NCBI RefSeq assembly: GCF_006345805.1
Contig: NC_042999.1
Location: forward strand, 92,256,001-92,320,000
Reading direction: 5' to 3'
DNA length: 64,000 bases
From: Octopus sinensis
Taxonomy: Eukaryota
The notes beneath the pieces were generated by a model that had not been told where the DNA came from, did not search any database, and saw only the letters and a program-made list of their open reading frames with translations. Below are positions 38,460 to 52,699 of this stretch, in pieces; positions within the stretch are counted from its first letter, which is position 1; each line of letters starts with the position of its first letter. The position numbers and the translations under genes are program-made.

Positions 38460-40540
38460 CATCATCATCATCATCATCTTCAACATCTTTTAACGTCCAT
38501 TTTCCATGCTGGCATGGGTTGGACAGTTTGACTGAAGACTGGCAAGCCAGGCTCCGATCTGTTCTGGCAAGGTTTCTACAGCTGGATGCCCTTCTTAATG
38601 CTAATCACTCTGAGAGTGTAGTGGGTGCTTTTTACATGTCACCAGCATGGGTGCCAGTCAGATGGCACTGGTATTGGCCACAACAACAATTTCACTTGAC
38701 TAAACAGGTCTTCTCAAGTACAGCATATTGCCTGATGATTGGAGGGTACTTTTAAACGGGCCAGTTAAGCGACACTGGCATTGGTTGTAGATATGATCTC
38801 ACTTGGCTAGTTGGGTGTTTTCAAGCACAGCATATCTTCAAAGGTCTCGGTCACTTGTCATTGTCTCTGTGAGGCTCAACATTTGAAGGCCATGCTTCAC
38901 CACCTCATCCCAAGTCTTCCTGGGTTTATCTCTTCCACAGTTTCCCTTCACCCTTCTTCACACCACTGTCCTCAATCATACACAACACATGACCACACCA
39001 GCACAGTTGTCTCTCTTGCACATCACATCTGATGCTTCTTATGTCCAACTTTTCTCTCAGTGTGCTTACACTTTTATATGTATGCACACTGACATTACAC
39101 ATCCAGCAAAGCATACTAGCTTCATTTCTTTCAAACCTATGCATCTAACTACTGCGTAACATGGCTGTTCACACACAGGCAGCATACAGTCTACCTTTCA
39201 CTCTAAGCAAGAGGCACTTTGTTACCAGCAGAAATAGGAGCTCTCTGAACTTTGTCCAGGCTACTCTTATTCTAGCAGCTACACTCTCAGAGCATCCACC
39301 TATGCCTTTTCTGCAGATCGAGACTTTGGCTTTTGTTAGATTGACTGTAAAGCCCTTCGATTCTAGACCTTGCTTACACACTTGAAACTTTTTCTCTAGT
39401 TCCGGCAGTGACTCAGCTATGAGAGTAAGGTCATCAGCATAGAAGAGCTCCCAGGGGCAGCTTGTCTTGAACTCCTCTGTTATTGCCTGGAGGACTATGA
39501 TGGATAAGAGGGGGCTGAGTACTGATCCTTGGTGAACTCCTACTTCTACTTAGAATTGTTAATTATACTCATTGCCAACCCTCACCTTACTGACAGCATC
39601 CCTGTAATTGGCTCGTACAGCTCTCACTAACCACCCATCTATCCCCAGTTTCTGCAATGACCACCAGATAAGGGTTCAAGGGACCCTGTCAAAGGCTTTC
39701 TCCATGTCAATGAAAGCCAAGTACAGAGGTTTATCATTGGCTAGGAATTTCTTTTGCAACTGTCTTTCCAGAAATACAGCATCAATAGTGCTTCTCCCTG
39801 ACACAAACCCAAACTGCATTAGTTGGACTATGACCCTCTCCATGACTTTCATCAACTGGTCCAACAATTTGATACTTCTGTAATTATTCCTATCTAATGC
39901 ATCATCTTTACCTTTGTAGCAATTGACTATGATGCTGCTGCACCAGTCATTGGGTGTGACTCCTTCATGTATCACCTGGTTGACTATTTGGGTGACTAGG
40001 CTATAGCCTACACCACCAAATACTTTAAGCCTCTCTGCAGTGACTCCTGATGGAGCAGGGGATTTCCCTACCTTTATACTCAGACTGATAGGTGAACAGG
40101 TGACTGGCCGGTTTCCTGAAGTTAGTATTACAGATCATAAGATCATTTGCATCACAGAACTCCAGTAGCTTGTTTCCCTCCTCATTGTGGGAACCAAATC
40201 TGTAGCCTCCATCTACACCATGGAAGCTCCCTGGATGTTGTCCAATGTGCCCGTTGAAGTTGCCAGCCACAAAGAGAATGTCTGTCATTTGCCAATGAGG
40301 TAGTTTGTAAGAGAGTGTCATAAAATCGGTCTTTCTGTTTATCAGGTAGCCAAGATAATGGTTGCTAATCTTTGTTGCAGCCCTAATCTAAACTTAAGTA
40401 TATCTAGATTAACTTATCAACCCATTTCTCTGCAAGGAGTATACTCACACTGCCAATCCTGTCAGTGTTCCTACCCAGAAAATCTTATACCTATGTTCTT
40501 TGCCTGTGAGGAACCTAGAAGATCTTCCTCTCCACCATGA
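38460..40540 (-). mobile_element. Decayed RTE LINE with internal deletions, including more of the APE domain
   Basis: ORF pieces LFVAGNFNGHIG, NEEGNKLLEFC, FIDMEKAFDRVP and RIRVAWTKFREL; most of the PHD segment is deleted. Confidence 0.9.
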
Positions 40541-40894
40541 ACAATCCAAACAGATTCACATTCTCCAAATACAATCAATTACAATGAAATTTTGTAAAAC
40601 ATTCCAAGGATTCTCCATTTGAGGTTCTTGGACTGAATATAGGCACACACCCATAAATACATACTAAATATACACACATTTGCACACACAAACAGTAATA
40701 TAGCATATACAGTAATATAGCATCGATAGTATATGAGAGCAAGTTGACCCACACACACAGGCATACATACCCATTTGCACTCACCAACCAATTCCGATAT
40801 CCATGAACCCCAAGAGTTATCATGACTTAAACAAAAGTGCCTTGCCACTTTTTTAGTAACTGGTTTAAATTCTGCAAAGAAAAAAATTATATTC

Positions 40895-41280
40895 GTGCTA
40901 GTGAAGCACTAAGAGCACCATCCAAGCATGATCGTTGCCAGAGGGGCTAACTGGCATCCGTTTCGGTGGCATGTAAAAAGCACCATTTAAGCATGATCGT
41001 TACCAGAGTCACCTTACTGGCACTTGTGCCGGTGTGCAGGTGGCACGTAAAAAAAAAACACCATTTGGGCGTGGCCATTGCCAGTACCGCCTGACTGGCC
41101 CTCGTGCTGGTGGCACGTAAAAGCACCCACTACACTCTCAGAGTGGTTGGCATTAGGAAGGGCATCCAGCTGTAGAAACTCTGGCAGATCAAGATTGGAG
41201 CCTGGTGCAGCCATCTGGTTTGCCAGTCCTCAGTCAAATCGTCCAACCATGGAAAGCGGACATTAAATGATGATAATGAT
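40895..41280 (+). mobile_element. RTE 3'UTR fragment with repeat units and tail
   Basis: Three GGTGGCAYGTAAAA units followed by the family terminal sequence. Confidence 0.8.
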
Positions 41281-41508
41281 CCCAAACATGCACACTCACA
41301 CACGCACAGACACACACCCACACTCACACATGCACAGACACACACCCACACACACACATGTAACCTGTGTGGTTCCATTTTGATTACTGTAAGATTGATT
41401 AGATTTTGAAAATTGAAATAACCTTCATAAAATAGGCCAACTTGTTTGGTATCAAACACATTCATTGATGAATATTATGATGATAATGAACACATGAACA
41501 CTCTATAC

Positions 41509-41530
41509 CAGTGTTTCTCAACCTGGGTTC

Positions 41531-41565
<35 letters not shown>

Positions 41566-42252
41566 GTAGTACAAATTGGATATGCAATCTATGTAGGTGT
41601 CTTTTCAAAACATTGTCTAGTTTAAAAAGCCACATCAGATGCCATGATGATTCTAAGGTATAGGTGCAAACTCTGCATATTAATAACTGGTTTAAGAAAA
41701 AATTAATACTTCTTTATGAAATTTATTGGTAATGCTAGATAAGATTCATACTGCTCATTTATGATACCTCATCATGGAGTTTTCATTCATGCACAAAAAG
41801 AAAAAAAATAAAGAAAACCTAAACTTAAATGTAAAAAATAAACATAAGTAACCAATATCATATACCTATAATACATAAATGTAATATGCAGAGTTTGCAC
41901 CTATACCTTAGAATCATCATGGCATCTGATGTGGCTTTTTAAACTAGACAATGTTTTGAAAAGACACCTACATAGATTGCATATCCAATTTGTACTACCA
42001 AGAACTGCAGTTAAGTCCTGATCTTTGTTGATCTTAAAATCTTTTGAAGTCTCCATTAGATCTGCAGACTTTCTGGCATACACTGCATTAAAAGATGTGC
42101 ACAGACATAAAGGCTGAATAGTTGGTGGTGGTTCATTTTCCATGGGTTCACAAATGGGGTTTCAGCCCAGAAAAAGAAAGTCATGGTCTGTTATAAACTG
42201 TGCACACAAAAAGGTCATTGTGATTCACCTTCTCAGTATGTATATACATATT

Positions 42253-42283
<31 letters not shown>

Positions 42284-42884
42284 GGGAGAATTCACAGAAA
42301 AACAAAAGACAAAGACAGGTGGTGTAGACAACAAACAGATGTGTTAGTTTAATGGTCAGTAAGTGAAAAAGTCTTCAACATTTCGAGCCTACACTCTTCC
42401 ACAGAAAGGAACACAGAAAGAAACAAGGAGAGAAAACAAAGAATGTGTAGTGGCTAGTGATCTATGATGGCAGTATATATATATATATTTATTCTTTTAT
42501 TTGTTTCAGTCATTTGACTGTGGCCATGCTGGAGCACTGCCTTTAGTTGAGCAAATCAACCCCAGGACTTATTTTTTGCAAGCTTAGTACTTATTCTATC
42601 AGTCTCTCTTGATGAACCGCTAAGTGATGGAGACATAAACACACCAGCATCACTTGTCAAGCAATGTTGTGGGGACAAACACAGACGCACAAACATATAC
42701 ATACACACACATATATATATATGACAGGCTTCTTTCAGTTTCCATCTACCAAATCCACTCACAAAGCTTTGGTCGGTCCGAGGCTATAGTAGAAGACACC
42801 CGCCCAAGGTGCCACGCAGTGGGACTGAACCCGGAATCATGTGGCTGGTAAGCAAGCTACTTACCACACAGCTTCTTCTGCACC

Positions 42885-42934
<50 letters not shown>

Positions 42935-43065
42935 GGTATTTACCACGCGAACTACGATGAAAAAGTGAGAATGATATAGAATATAACATTTTTTGTGCTG
43001 GGGTTCCTTGAGACATGTAATTTATTTTAAGGGTTATGCAAAGCTAAAAATGTTGAGAAACACTG
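41509..43065. mobile_element. hAT-type MITE with nested insertions
   Basis: TIRs cagtgtttctcaac / gttgagaaacactg and a perfect 8-bp TSD ctctatac at 41501-41508 and 43066-43073. Confidence 0.9.
42490..42885 (-). mobile_element. tRNA-derived SINE nested in the hAT MITE
   Basis: Reverse complement of 35417-35815. Confidence 0.9.
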
Positions 43066-43462
43066 CTCTATACTATCATTTCTTTTACTCCAAATCTTTT
43101 CTTTCTATGCAACCAGAAAGCAATTTTATTTTTATAAAAATGTGGAAATTAATAGTGGTTTCTAATTTCAACAAAATACTAATTTTTGTAGAGATCAACA
43201 CATTACATTGAATCAACCAAACTTTTACTGGTACTTAACTTATCAAAATCAAAGACATATTCCTTAATGTTAACTATAACATGATTTGAACTCATAAACT
43301 AGATTCATTAAATATTATTATGACATTGATCTCATAATCTTCGCTCTCTGACACATCCAATGCTCTCTTATGAATATTAATTGCTTGCAATAAGATATGA
43401 ACTTATTTTTGTTTAAATATACAATATTTTAATTATCATTCTTTTGTTTTTTTTCTATACAC

Positions 43463-43517
43463 ATGAAAGGTCTCTGGGAAATTAGCAAATTTTCTGAAAA
43501 ATTATAAAAAGGAATAC
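43463..43517 (-). CDS. Candidate host exon GIPFYNFSENLLISQRPF (phase 1/2)
   Basis: tttctttttacag acceptor; joins 55513-55605 in frame through G|GT. The donor (gtgtat or gtatag) is weak. Confidence 0.45.
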
Positions 43518-45089
43518 CTGTAAAAAGAAATGAATCTTGAAATAATCAGAAGCTAAAAATTCACTGAAGCTTAATAATTTTGTAATCTAATGATATTTAA
43601 TATTAACTTTAATCAGAGGTTCCCCAAAAAATGAAATGTGAATATTTTAAGTCACTAATTAAAACATACAAACACCAAATAAAATTTTCAATTTACATTT
43701 CAGAACAAGAAAAATTTACAATTAATAATGTGAATTTGAAAATATAAAAAAAGCAACCTTAGCAAAAAAAATTTTGAATTTCCCTTTTTAATGACTTCAT
43801 TTATTTAACTTTAACTTCATAATCAAAGTTTTCCCTGTGTAGACAAGAGAATTTTGAAACTATAAGGCTTCTAACTACTAGAAATTGTCTAAAAAAATTA
43901 TATAATCAGATATAGTTGAAATACTATGTGTTTATTGATAATTTTAATTTATGTAAATAAGAAACAACTAAAAGCTTTGGAACTGAGTATTTTTTGTAAT
44001 AAAAACAATAAAATAAAGTTTATTTTCAATGAAAGTTATTCCATCAGCATGCTATCCTGAAATATTAATAACCACTGAGTAAAGGGAATTAAACGGCAAC
44101 TTGTTTGGACTTTGGCCATTAAAGTCTTTAGAATTATGGTCACAGAGAGCCACATCAGTAACTGCTTTCAATCTTATACTACAGCTCTTTCAGATAATGT
44201 TAATCATTAATTTTCCTGAGAAAGGCATCAACGTCACACATTCTCTTTTATTTCCCTCTAGAATTTCAAGGTATCAGTATTGGAAGTTAATTAATAATTA
44301 AATTGAAACTTTAAACCCAATTTCAAAACAAGGGTCAGGGTCCATTGTTTGTTCCTTTAAATTAGAAAGCAGGAACATGACTCAGACTAGTGTCCTTAAA
44401 ATAGAGATTGTAAATCTGAGAATTTATATTATGCAAGAATAAATGAGAGATGTTCCACAAGGTTGAATTGTAGAAAAGTTAACAGACCAATTGTGCAGTG
44501 TAAATTAATAATAAAAATAGTGTCAAATTTACAGTGAAGTCACTGGTACGTATACAATATTTCTCTGGCTACAGCACAGTACTTGTGACAACATATGAAT
44601 AACCAACACTTTTAATGTCAGATATACATAAATTCATTAATTACATTTTTCATAAGTACAAAATTCCCAATTCTTGATTTCTTACATTAAGTGTCTCAAG
44701 AACTGAAGCAAAGAGGACCAAAGAACTAATAATACTAATCGTTTCTTCGGGTTACTTAGAAAGAGGTATTACTGTAGGTGATAAAACACTGTACAATTGG
44801 TGACTGTTTTGTTGTTTGTTTCTTCACTTTCTCACTTGTTCACATGTTCATGTATTTATTCATTAATTACTCAAAAGGTGTTGTAGAATCAAAGGCAGGC
44901 TGACAATGAAAAAGGCATTGATGGCAGATGGATAGGAGTAGTTAGCTGTCAGAGCACCAGTAAAATGCATTCCTTGCAAATTTCAGGCAATCTGATCAAC
45001 AGTGGAGATAGGTGATCTGAAATCATAGTAGCTAGAATGAGAAATGGATATAAAAAGTTTAGGGTGCTGTCACCTCTGCAAAGTGTACC

Positions 45090-45520
45090 AATGCCTGTGG
45101 ACATATTGTGATGCAACATAGTAGTGTGTTTGGACATTGAATGCAGATGATGTAGGATATTTAGGAAGAAATGAAGCAGGTGTGATCCACCAGATGTGCA
45201 ATGTTAATGTAGATAAATAGCAGAGAACAGATAAATTAGGACCAAAACAAGGCATAAGAGGAATCCACTATAGCAAGCAAGACAAACAACAATTGTAGTA
45301 GACATGCAATATTGGATGGTGGCATATTGGTAAAGAAATCCAAGGAGATGTATGTGGAAAGAAATGTTGGAAGAGGAAGATTAAGGAAAACATGGGTGAA
45401 AGCTTAACTTAATCTCTCAAAGGAGATAACAGCAGAGCACAAGTAGCAGAACACTGTATTAGAAAGAGCCTGTCTTAACCTATTCAAGTATAGAAGAAAA
45501 GAGCAATAAAAATTATGATG
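45090..45520 (+). mobile_element. Old RTE C-terminal remnant
   Basis: Traces of TWTLNADD, RNEA and GRGRLRKTW. Confidence 0.55.
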
Positions 45521-46189
45521 ATGAAAAAGTAAATTTATGTATGTGCTTTGAAATGTAAGAGTCTGACTGAATGAGGACAAGTCCAGCAAACTTGAGCACT
45601 GTATTGCATTTGTTCAACTGATTTAATTAATATCAGATCATCATTGATGCATTTTCAGAGAAACAATTTTCAATGGAAGTTTGGTTAATTGAAATGGAAT
45701 GTAACAACAGCTTCTTTTTATTTGGAAAACAAGCAGAGGAAATATGAAAGAATTGGCTCCTGTACAAGTGGCATATAAAAGCCCCACTACACACTCGGAG
45801 TGGTTGGCATTGGGAAGGGCATCCATCTGTAGAAACGTTGCCAGATCAGATTAGAGCCTGATGCAGCCGCTGGCTTTCCAGACCTCAGTGAAACCATCCA
45901 ACCCATGTCAGCATGGAAAACGAATGTTAAACAATGATGATGATGAGATTGGCTTTGAAATCAGAAAGAACCAAGCTGATAAGCTGCATGAGTTACTATC
46001 CAATGTGGACAACCAAGTTATCAAACTCCATTTACTTATGTCATGCAGGCATCAAATGAATTTTTCCTCTGTTTATGCCCCAACTCTTCACTCAATGGAA
46101 GTATCTTTTTTTTTTTTCTTTTACAAAACTCAGATTTTCTATTCTTTCTACACCGAAGTATGACTAAATCATTTTTAGTGGTTATTTTA

Positions 46190-46411
46190 GTCTTTTATCA
46201 TTTACTTGTTTCAGTCATTAGACTGCAGCCATGCTGGGGCATACCTTAAAGAAGTTTCAGGTGAATGAATCGACTCCAGTGCCTTTTTTTTTAAAAGCCT
46301 GATACTTATTCTACTGGTCTATTTGGCTGAACTGCTAAGTAATGAGGACATAAACAAACCAACACCAGTTGTCAAGCAGTGTCAGGGAACAGACACAAAG
46401 ACACACACACA

Positions 46412-46477
<66 letters not shown>

Positions 46478-47135
46478 GTTAAAATTAACTTACATAAAAG
46501 TTAACATAAAAAAAAATTAAAATTAAAATTAAAAATACCAATGTTCTCAAACCAGAAAATTAACTGCAGTAGTTTATTATCTGCAGGGTTGTTTCCAGCA
46601 CTAGCACACCTAAGTGAAGACATTTGAAAATTACCACAAATATATTTTGTAGAACTGTTTCGGGAAAATGTTTCTGTGTATAGTTCTGTGAAATATGTTT
46701 TGAAATACGACAGGTCACACTGAGGATTTACAGATATTTACATTTTGCAAGTATTAATAATGAAATCATGATATGTTCGTAATCGTTTTATTTTGTAAAT
46801 TTTCATTTGCCTTGCTTATTTTTTACATTTTGGCATTTGCTGGGTTTTTTCTTGTGAACACACTCTTTGTGGTAAGGCGATTTGATGTCTATCTCTAGCG
46901 TATAGGAATCCACTTTAGTGGTCATTCCTCTTATTAATTGTAATACAATTGTTATCTATATACACATACACACCACAGGCTTCTTTCAGTTTCTGTCTAC
47001 CAAATCCATTCACAAGGCTTTAGTTGGCCTGAGGTTATAGCAGAAGACAATTGCCCATCATGTTACAAAGTGTGACTGAACCTGAAACCATGTGGTTAGG
47101 AAGCAAACTTCTTACTACACAGCCATACCTGCACC
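46190..47135 (-). mobile_element. tRNA SINE split at its internal microsatellite by a ~490-bp PLE-like insert (46471-46957)
   Basis: SINE 3' half at 46190-46410 and 5' half at 46970-47135; the insert carries a hammerhead motif. Confidence 0.75.
46717..46776 (+). ncRNA. Minimal hammerhead motif with palindromic stem III
   Basis: ACA-CTGAGGA-..-GAAA-TCATGA-TA-TGT; stem II is weak. Confidence 0.5.
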
Positions 47136-48004
47136 TTTATGCCAGAAAAACTTATGACTGTAATAAATGGTCTAATTTAGGACATTTTGCTATTGGTAAA
47201 CTGACCGACAGTGGTCGTTATCTGTTGGAGCTATGTTCCAAAATGGCTTTTGTAAATAGAATCATACTGATCCATCACAAGCAGAGGCATAGAATGAACT
47301 GAACATGTTGTTGGTTGAAACAGAATATTTTATTAACTTTATACTTGACATTCACAACCTATTTCATGCTGGATGGAGCTCTGAAGCTGTTGTTAGGAAA
47401 TACATCCACTTCATGTATTTTTTGTTGGTATAATGAACCTCACAAGATATGACAAAATTTGTTTTAGCAAGTTCACATTGTGAATCTTGCAAATCATGAA
47501 CAAAAACAAAATATCATTAAAATTCTCCATATCTTTCAAAAGTTATAGGTGGTTTCAAATATCATATAATATAGAAAATAAATTACATTTTCATTGTTTC
47601 AAACTTAAAATTCTATATATTGATATCAAATCATGTTTAAAGTGCTCTACAAGTACTTGTAACGATACTTAGAGACAATTATATTTTCACACAAAATATA
47701 TTGACGGTATATACTGGAATGTTGTTATTAAATTCCTCATTTCAAAGTATGCTATATGACATACCATAGGAGAGAAATTAAGTCTCACATCTAAATATAT
47801 TTATACAAGATTTATAAAATATATATGTATTTTGCTTATAAATTAAACTGAAAACTTTTGTAAAATTTCAAATATTGTGTACTCTCCTGTTGCAGATGAT
47901 AGATTAGGGCTCTGCATTTTCTTACTGAACAATTTGTACACAGGATTTGCTTATAGTGATCAAATGTTGTATCCCTCCCTCCATCAAATCGACATTGCAA
48001 GTAC

Positions 48005-49845
48005 AGGCACCTATGCTGGTGGCACACAAAAGCACCCTTTACACTCTTGGAATGGTTGGAATTAGGAAGGGCATCCAGCCATAGAATCCATGCCAAAACA
48101 GACTGGAGTCTGGTGCAGCCTTCCTGTTTGCCAGCTCTGGTCAAACCGTTCAACCTATGCCAGCATGGACAACAGACATTAAATGATGATGATACACCAT
48201 ACCTCTGATATATTGGTATATAACTGAAGGTAGAATTCAAATGATTCAGTGTATGTATTTGACTGAAAGCTAAACATTGTTTTTTACTTTTCATCAACTG
48301 CAGATATTACATTATTCCTTTGGCATAAATGCTTTAGTCAACAAATTTTTGTCTGTTTGAGGTGGGTAATATAGCAGATTTTCAAATAATAGTACATGTA
48401 ACAATAAAATATTTCACACACCCTAATCCAATACACCAAACTACATCTTTCTCTTCCTCACATTGCATTTTTTTCATGCACTATGCTTATGTGTATCTCT
48501 CGCTACCCACTCCTGTAGCCCAAAGCCATCCTCACTGCCTACTCATTGTATCATTGCTATCCTGTTTTATCTTCTCCCTCAATATACCCAGGTTTCACCA
48601 GTCACTGCATTTCCCACTGCTTTTTGCATTCATGTAAACTCCTTACTCCCTACTTAGACACCCCTAGTAATACTCTACCATTCCATTTATATTCTGATTC
48701 CCATACCTTGAGGGTATGCCCTGACACATTGCCACCATCTCTCCCGCTCTCTGTCTCACCCTTTCTTTCCCTTTTACTCTCACACTCTCACTCTCTTCCA
48801 CTTTCTCTCATTCTTCATCACTCACACATGTTCTCTCTCTTTCTCTTGCTCACTCCCTCTGACTAGGTAACCATGTATCCCTTCTGCAAGAAGACATCTG
48901 CTTCTGTCCTTCTGTCACACTCTAAACTCTTATTACCTGGCACTAGGCCACCTTCTACAATACAACCCCTCTCAAAAGGTCTTTATCTTGCAAGTTACTT
49001 GGTGACTTTGTCAGGGTTGGTGCTATGTAAAAAGAATTTAATCCACACTCTAGCGAAAAGAGAACTATGCCAAAACAGATCTCAGTGGAGCTGGTGCCAC
49101 ATAAAATGCACCAAGGCCACTCTGTAAAGTGGTTAGCATTAGGAAATCCATCCAGCTCTAAAAACCATGCCATAATAGATTTCACGAGTGCTGGGGGCCA
49201 CATAAAAAGTACTCAGTACACTTTGTAATGTGATTAGCATTAAGAAGGGAAACTAGCTGTAAAAACCATGCCAAAACAGACAGTGAAATCTGGTGCAGTC
49301 TTGTAGCTTGCTAGCTCCTGTCAAACTCTCCAACCCATGACAGCATGGAAAATGGACATATGATGATGATGATATGCACACACATATGTCTATATACATA
49401 TACACAAGTAAAGGTTGTAGATTGTTTTCCCATATACACAATACTCTATATGATAATTGTCAGTGATTTGATGCAGTATCTTGCAACATACAACAATGAA
49501 ATATCAAAGAAAATACAAAAGCTTGAATTACTGGGCAGAAGATCTGTCCTTCACAGCAGAACTGATACCAGTGCTGGTGCCATGTAAAAAGCACTGGTGC
49601 TGGTGCCATATAAAATGCACTCATGCAAGTGTCACATTAATAATACTAGTGCTGATGCCACATAAAATGCACTCAGTACATTCTGTAAAATGGTCAGCAT
49701 TAGGAAGAGTATCCAGCTGTAGAAACCATGCCAGAACAATGGAAACAGCTCCCAGCATTACCAGCATATTTCAAACTGTCTAACCCATGGCAGCATGAAA
49801 AACAGACATTAAATGATGATGATGATGAGATGATGATGACGATGA
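48005..49845 (+). mobile_element. Cluster of three RTE 3'UTR fragments (about 48005-48193, 48900-49372, 49560-49845)
   Basis: Each ends in the family terminal sequence followed by (ATG)n. Confidence 0.7.
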
Positions 49846-50907
49846 TACAGGATTCTTTAAAATGTTAAATGTTATATGAAGAGAAAGTGACTGTCAAAGA
49901 AATAGACCAAAAATAAAACCTCTGATATACACAATCTTCCTTTTAACAAGAAACACTGAAGACAAATCAAATACAACCATTAAACAGAACATTAACATAC
50001 TAGACATACAAAGGACAAAAGTAATCAGACATGAATAACATTTACAATACACTTAGGACCCCGAAAATAAACACAAACAATGTGTTAAGACTTTAAGAAC
50101 AGACGGACATCATGTTTGGCCAGCACAAAGAAATAACATACCAACTACCTACATGATAACTAACCTAGGTAGCACAATAACAACTAATTAAAGTTAAAAC
50201 TTCCCACATCATGCGATTAATTCACTTATAATTCCAACACTATATTCAACAGTCAAAGAATAGTTTGCATTTTTGAAAATAAATGTAAAAACTATCTGTA
50301 GCTCCTGAAACAAGCATTTAGATAAGAAAGTAAACACGTTATACAATGCAAGGTCAACATATAACAGAAAATTTATTCTAGCTTTACTTGAGATACAGTT
50401 TTATATTTCCATTTTTGATTTTTAGCTATTCTAACATGATAAGTAATGTCTTGACCAACGGCGGATAAGAATTTCCATTTACCTAGGAATTCTTTCATTT
50501 AAATTCATTTTGCTTATGTCAAATTAAAAGATAACCAAGTAACAAACATTAGTATTCAAGTCACGAAGATAGTGTTGCTTCATGAAATGTCACCATCTCA
50601 TAGTTATTACATGGAATACTAAGTAAATATTTGGAAATGTCTAGAAAATGCTTTTAAAAATGATCAATAAATATTTCAGATGAATTTCTTGAAGGAAAAA
50701 TATGAAAGAATAGCTGAAATAAGATATTGAATATTTTTTATATGCAATAACATTTACATGTATATATATCATACACACACACACACACATATTGTATATC
50801 TGTATATATCTATATTTATCTGTCTGTCTGTCTGTCTGTCTATCTAGCTAGCTAGCTATTTATCTATCTATATATATAAACACAAACATATACACACATA
50901 TATGCAT

Positions 50908-50942
<35 letters not shown>

Positions 50943-50988
50943 TACACACACATACATATATTCATATATAAACATATATATATATATA

Positions 50989-51375
50989 TCATCATCATCA
51001 TTTAACAACCGTTGCCCACACTGGCATTGGTTGGATGGTTTGAATGGCACACTGGAAGGCCATGCCAGGCTCCAGTCTGATTTGGCATGGTTTTCTATGG
51101 CTGGATACCCTTCCTAATGCAAACCACTCTGAGAGTGTAATGGGTGTTTTTACGTGCCACCAGCACAGGTGCCATTTGTATGTCACCAGTATCTCCCACA
51201 GCCGTGATTTTGCTAGGCTTGATGGGTCTTCTTCTCAGGCATAACATAATGTCAAAGGTCTTGATCATTACCTCGATAAGGCCCAACACTCAAAAGGAAC
51301 TCAGTCACTTTGCCCCCATGGGGTTCAATGCTCAAAAAGAAACTCAGCCACCTTGCCTCTGTGAGGCCCAGCACT
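50989..51375 (-). mobile_element. RTE 3'UTR fragment of the same subtype as 17440-17870
   Basis: Reverse-complement similarity that includes the ggcaaagtgactgagttcctt repeats. Confidence 0.8.
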
Positions 51376-51838
51376 GAGGATATATATATATATGACATAG
51401 AGCTAGAAGGAAACTTCTTCTTGAACCAAAAAATACTCAAAAAAGAAAAAATAAATCTTTAAAAAATTATGTTGCCTATTTACTTTCGAGATCATCATTA
51501 TCATCATCATTTAAAGTCCACCTTCCCTGTTGGCATGGACTGGACAGTCTGACAGAAGCTAGCCAAGCAGGAACCTACACCAGATTTCTGTGTCTGTTTT
51601 GGCAGGGTTTTTATGGCTAGTTGCCCTTCCTAACACCAATCACTCAGCAGAGTGATACATACATACATACAGACAGACAGATATATAGGGAGAGAGAGAG
51701 AGAGAGAGATACTTATAAGATATATTTAAGATTCCATTGAATTAGGTACTTAGGTTGAGGCACCAAGTCAGTCCGGGATTGTCTACACAACTAGGTGAAT
51801 AAAAAGCAAATAAGTAACAAGGATGTCCGGGTATTAGT

Positions 51839-51922
51839 GCATTACAGCTGTTTCAGGCAGCTCTATTTAATTGATCGATGCAAGCATTATATTAATTTGA
51901 AATAAACTGCTCCCTCAGAAGC
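51839..51922 (-). ncRNA. Degenerate hammerhead motif in a PLE-like repeat
   Basis: Minus strand GCTT-CTGAGGG-AGCAG..CTGCCT-GAAA-CAGCTG-TA-ATGC; one core substitution, palindromic stem III. Confidence 0.45.
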
Positions 51923-52699
51923 ATAAGACCATATAGGTTTTCAACATACAGGAAACTCCATTGTAATTTTTTAACAAATTTTACATCAATACATCAGAAT
52001 AAAAGAACTACATTACTTACTGTTATTATTGTAGCAGAATGAAATTAGGGAGATTGATATTTAAAGCCTACTGTAATTTAGAGTGGCAGAAGAAAATAAC
52101 AACAGGGGTGGGGGGGTCAAGAAAGAGTAATGGTGATAGAGCTACATTCACCTTTATCCTTATCACAATCAAAAGATCCAGTGCAGCAAGTATTCTATAT
52201 CCCCTTAGAATTAAAACCATTGGGAATTGACAGTTAAGTTCTTGTTGCTGGTGATAAATTAATTAATGTCAGATATTCTTCCCTACTCCTATTTTACTCT
52301 GACTATAAATTTGCCATGTCAATATAAAAGAACAAGCCTCAGAAGCCACTAGCAAGATAATGGTGTATAGGTGATAACCAGAAAGAGGAAGGGCAGGGGT
52401 GACTTAAACTATATTATGATCATCAATTAAAAGAGGCCTAAAACAAAAAACAAAGGAGGTCACAATGAGACCTAAGTGGACATTAAGGTTACAAGGGAAA
52501 AAATGTATATCCAAATTTAGTAAAGTTTATATATTATTATGTTTTGTATATTAGATAATAAAATTTAGAAAGGGATTTAAGGACCAAGTAAGAGAAGAAG
52601 GATAGATAAGGCTATCTAAGTCCTAAAAGAAATTTACTCAACATGTTTCCATACATCCAAAGTTTATGTTAACTAAATTGTTGAGTGCAATGTTTAGAT

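Noticed and set aside
47894-48005. Exon-like segment on either strand
   Set aside because: Only one good splice site per strand, the other end abuts an RTE tail, and there is no phase support.
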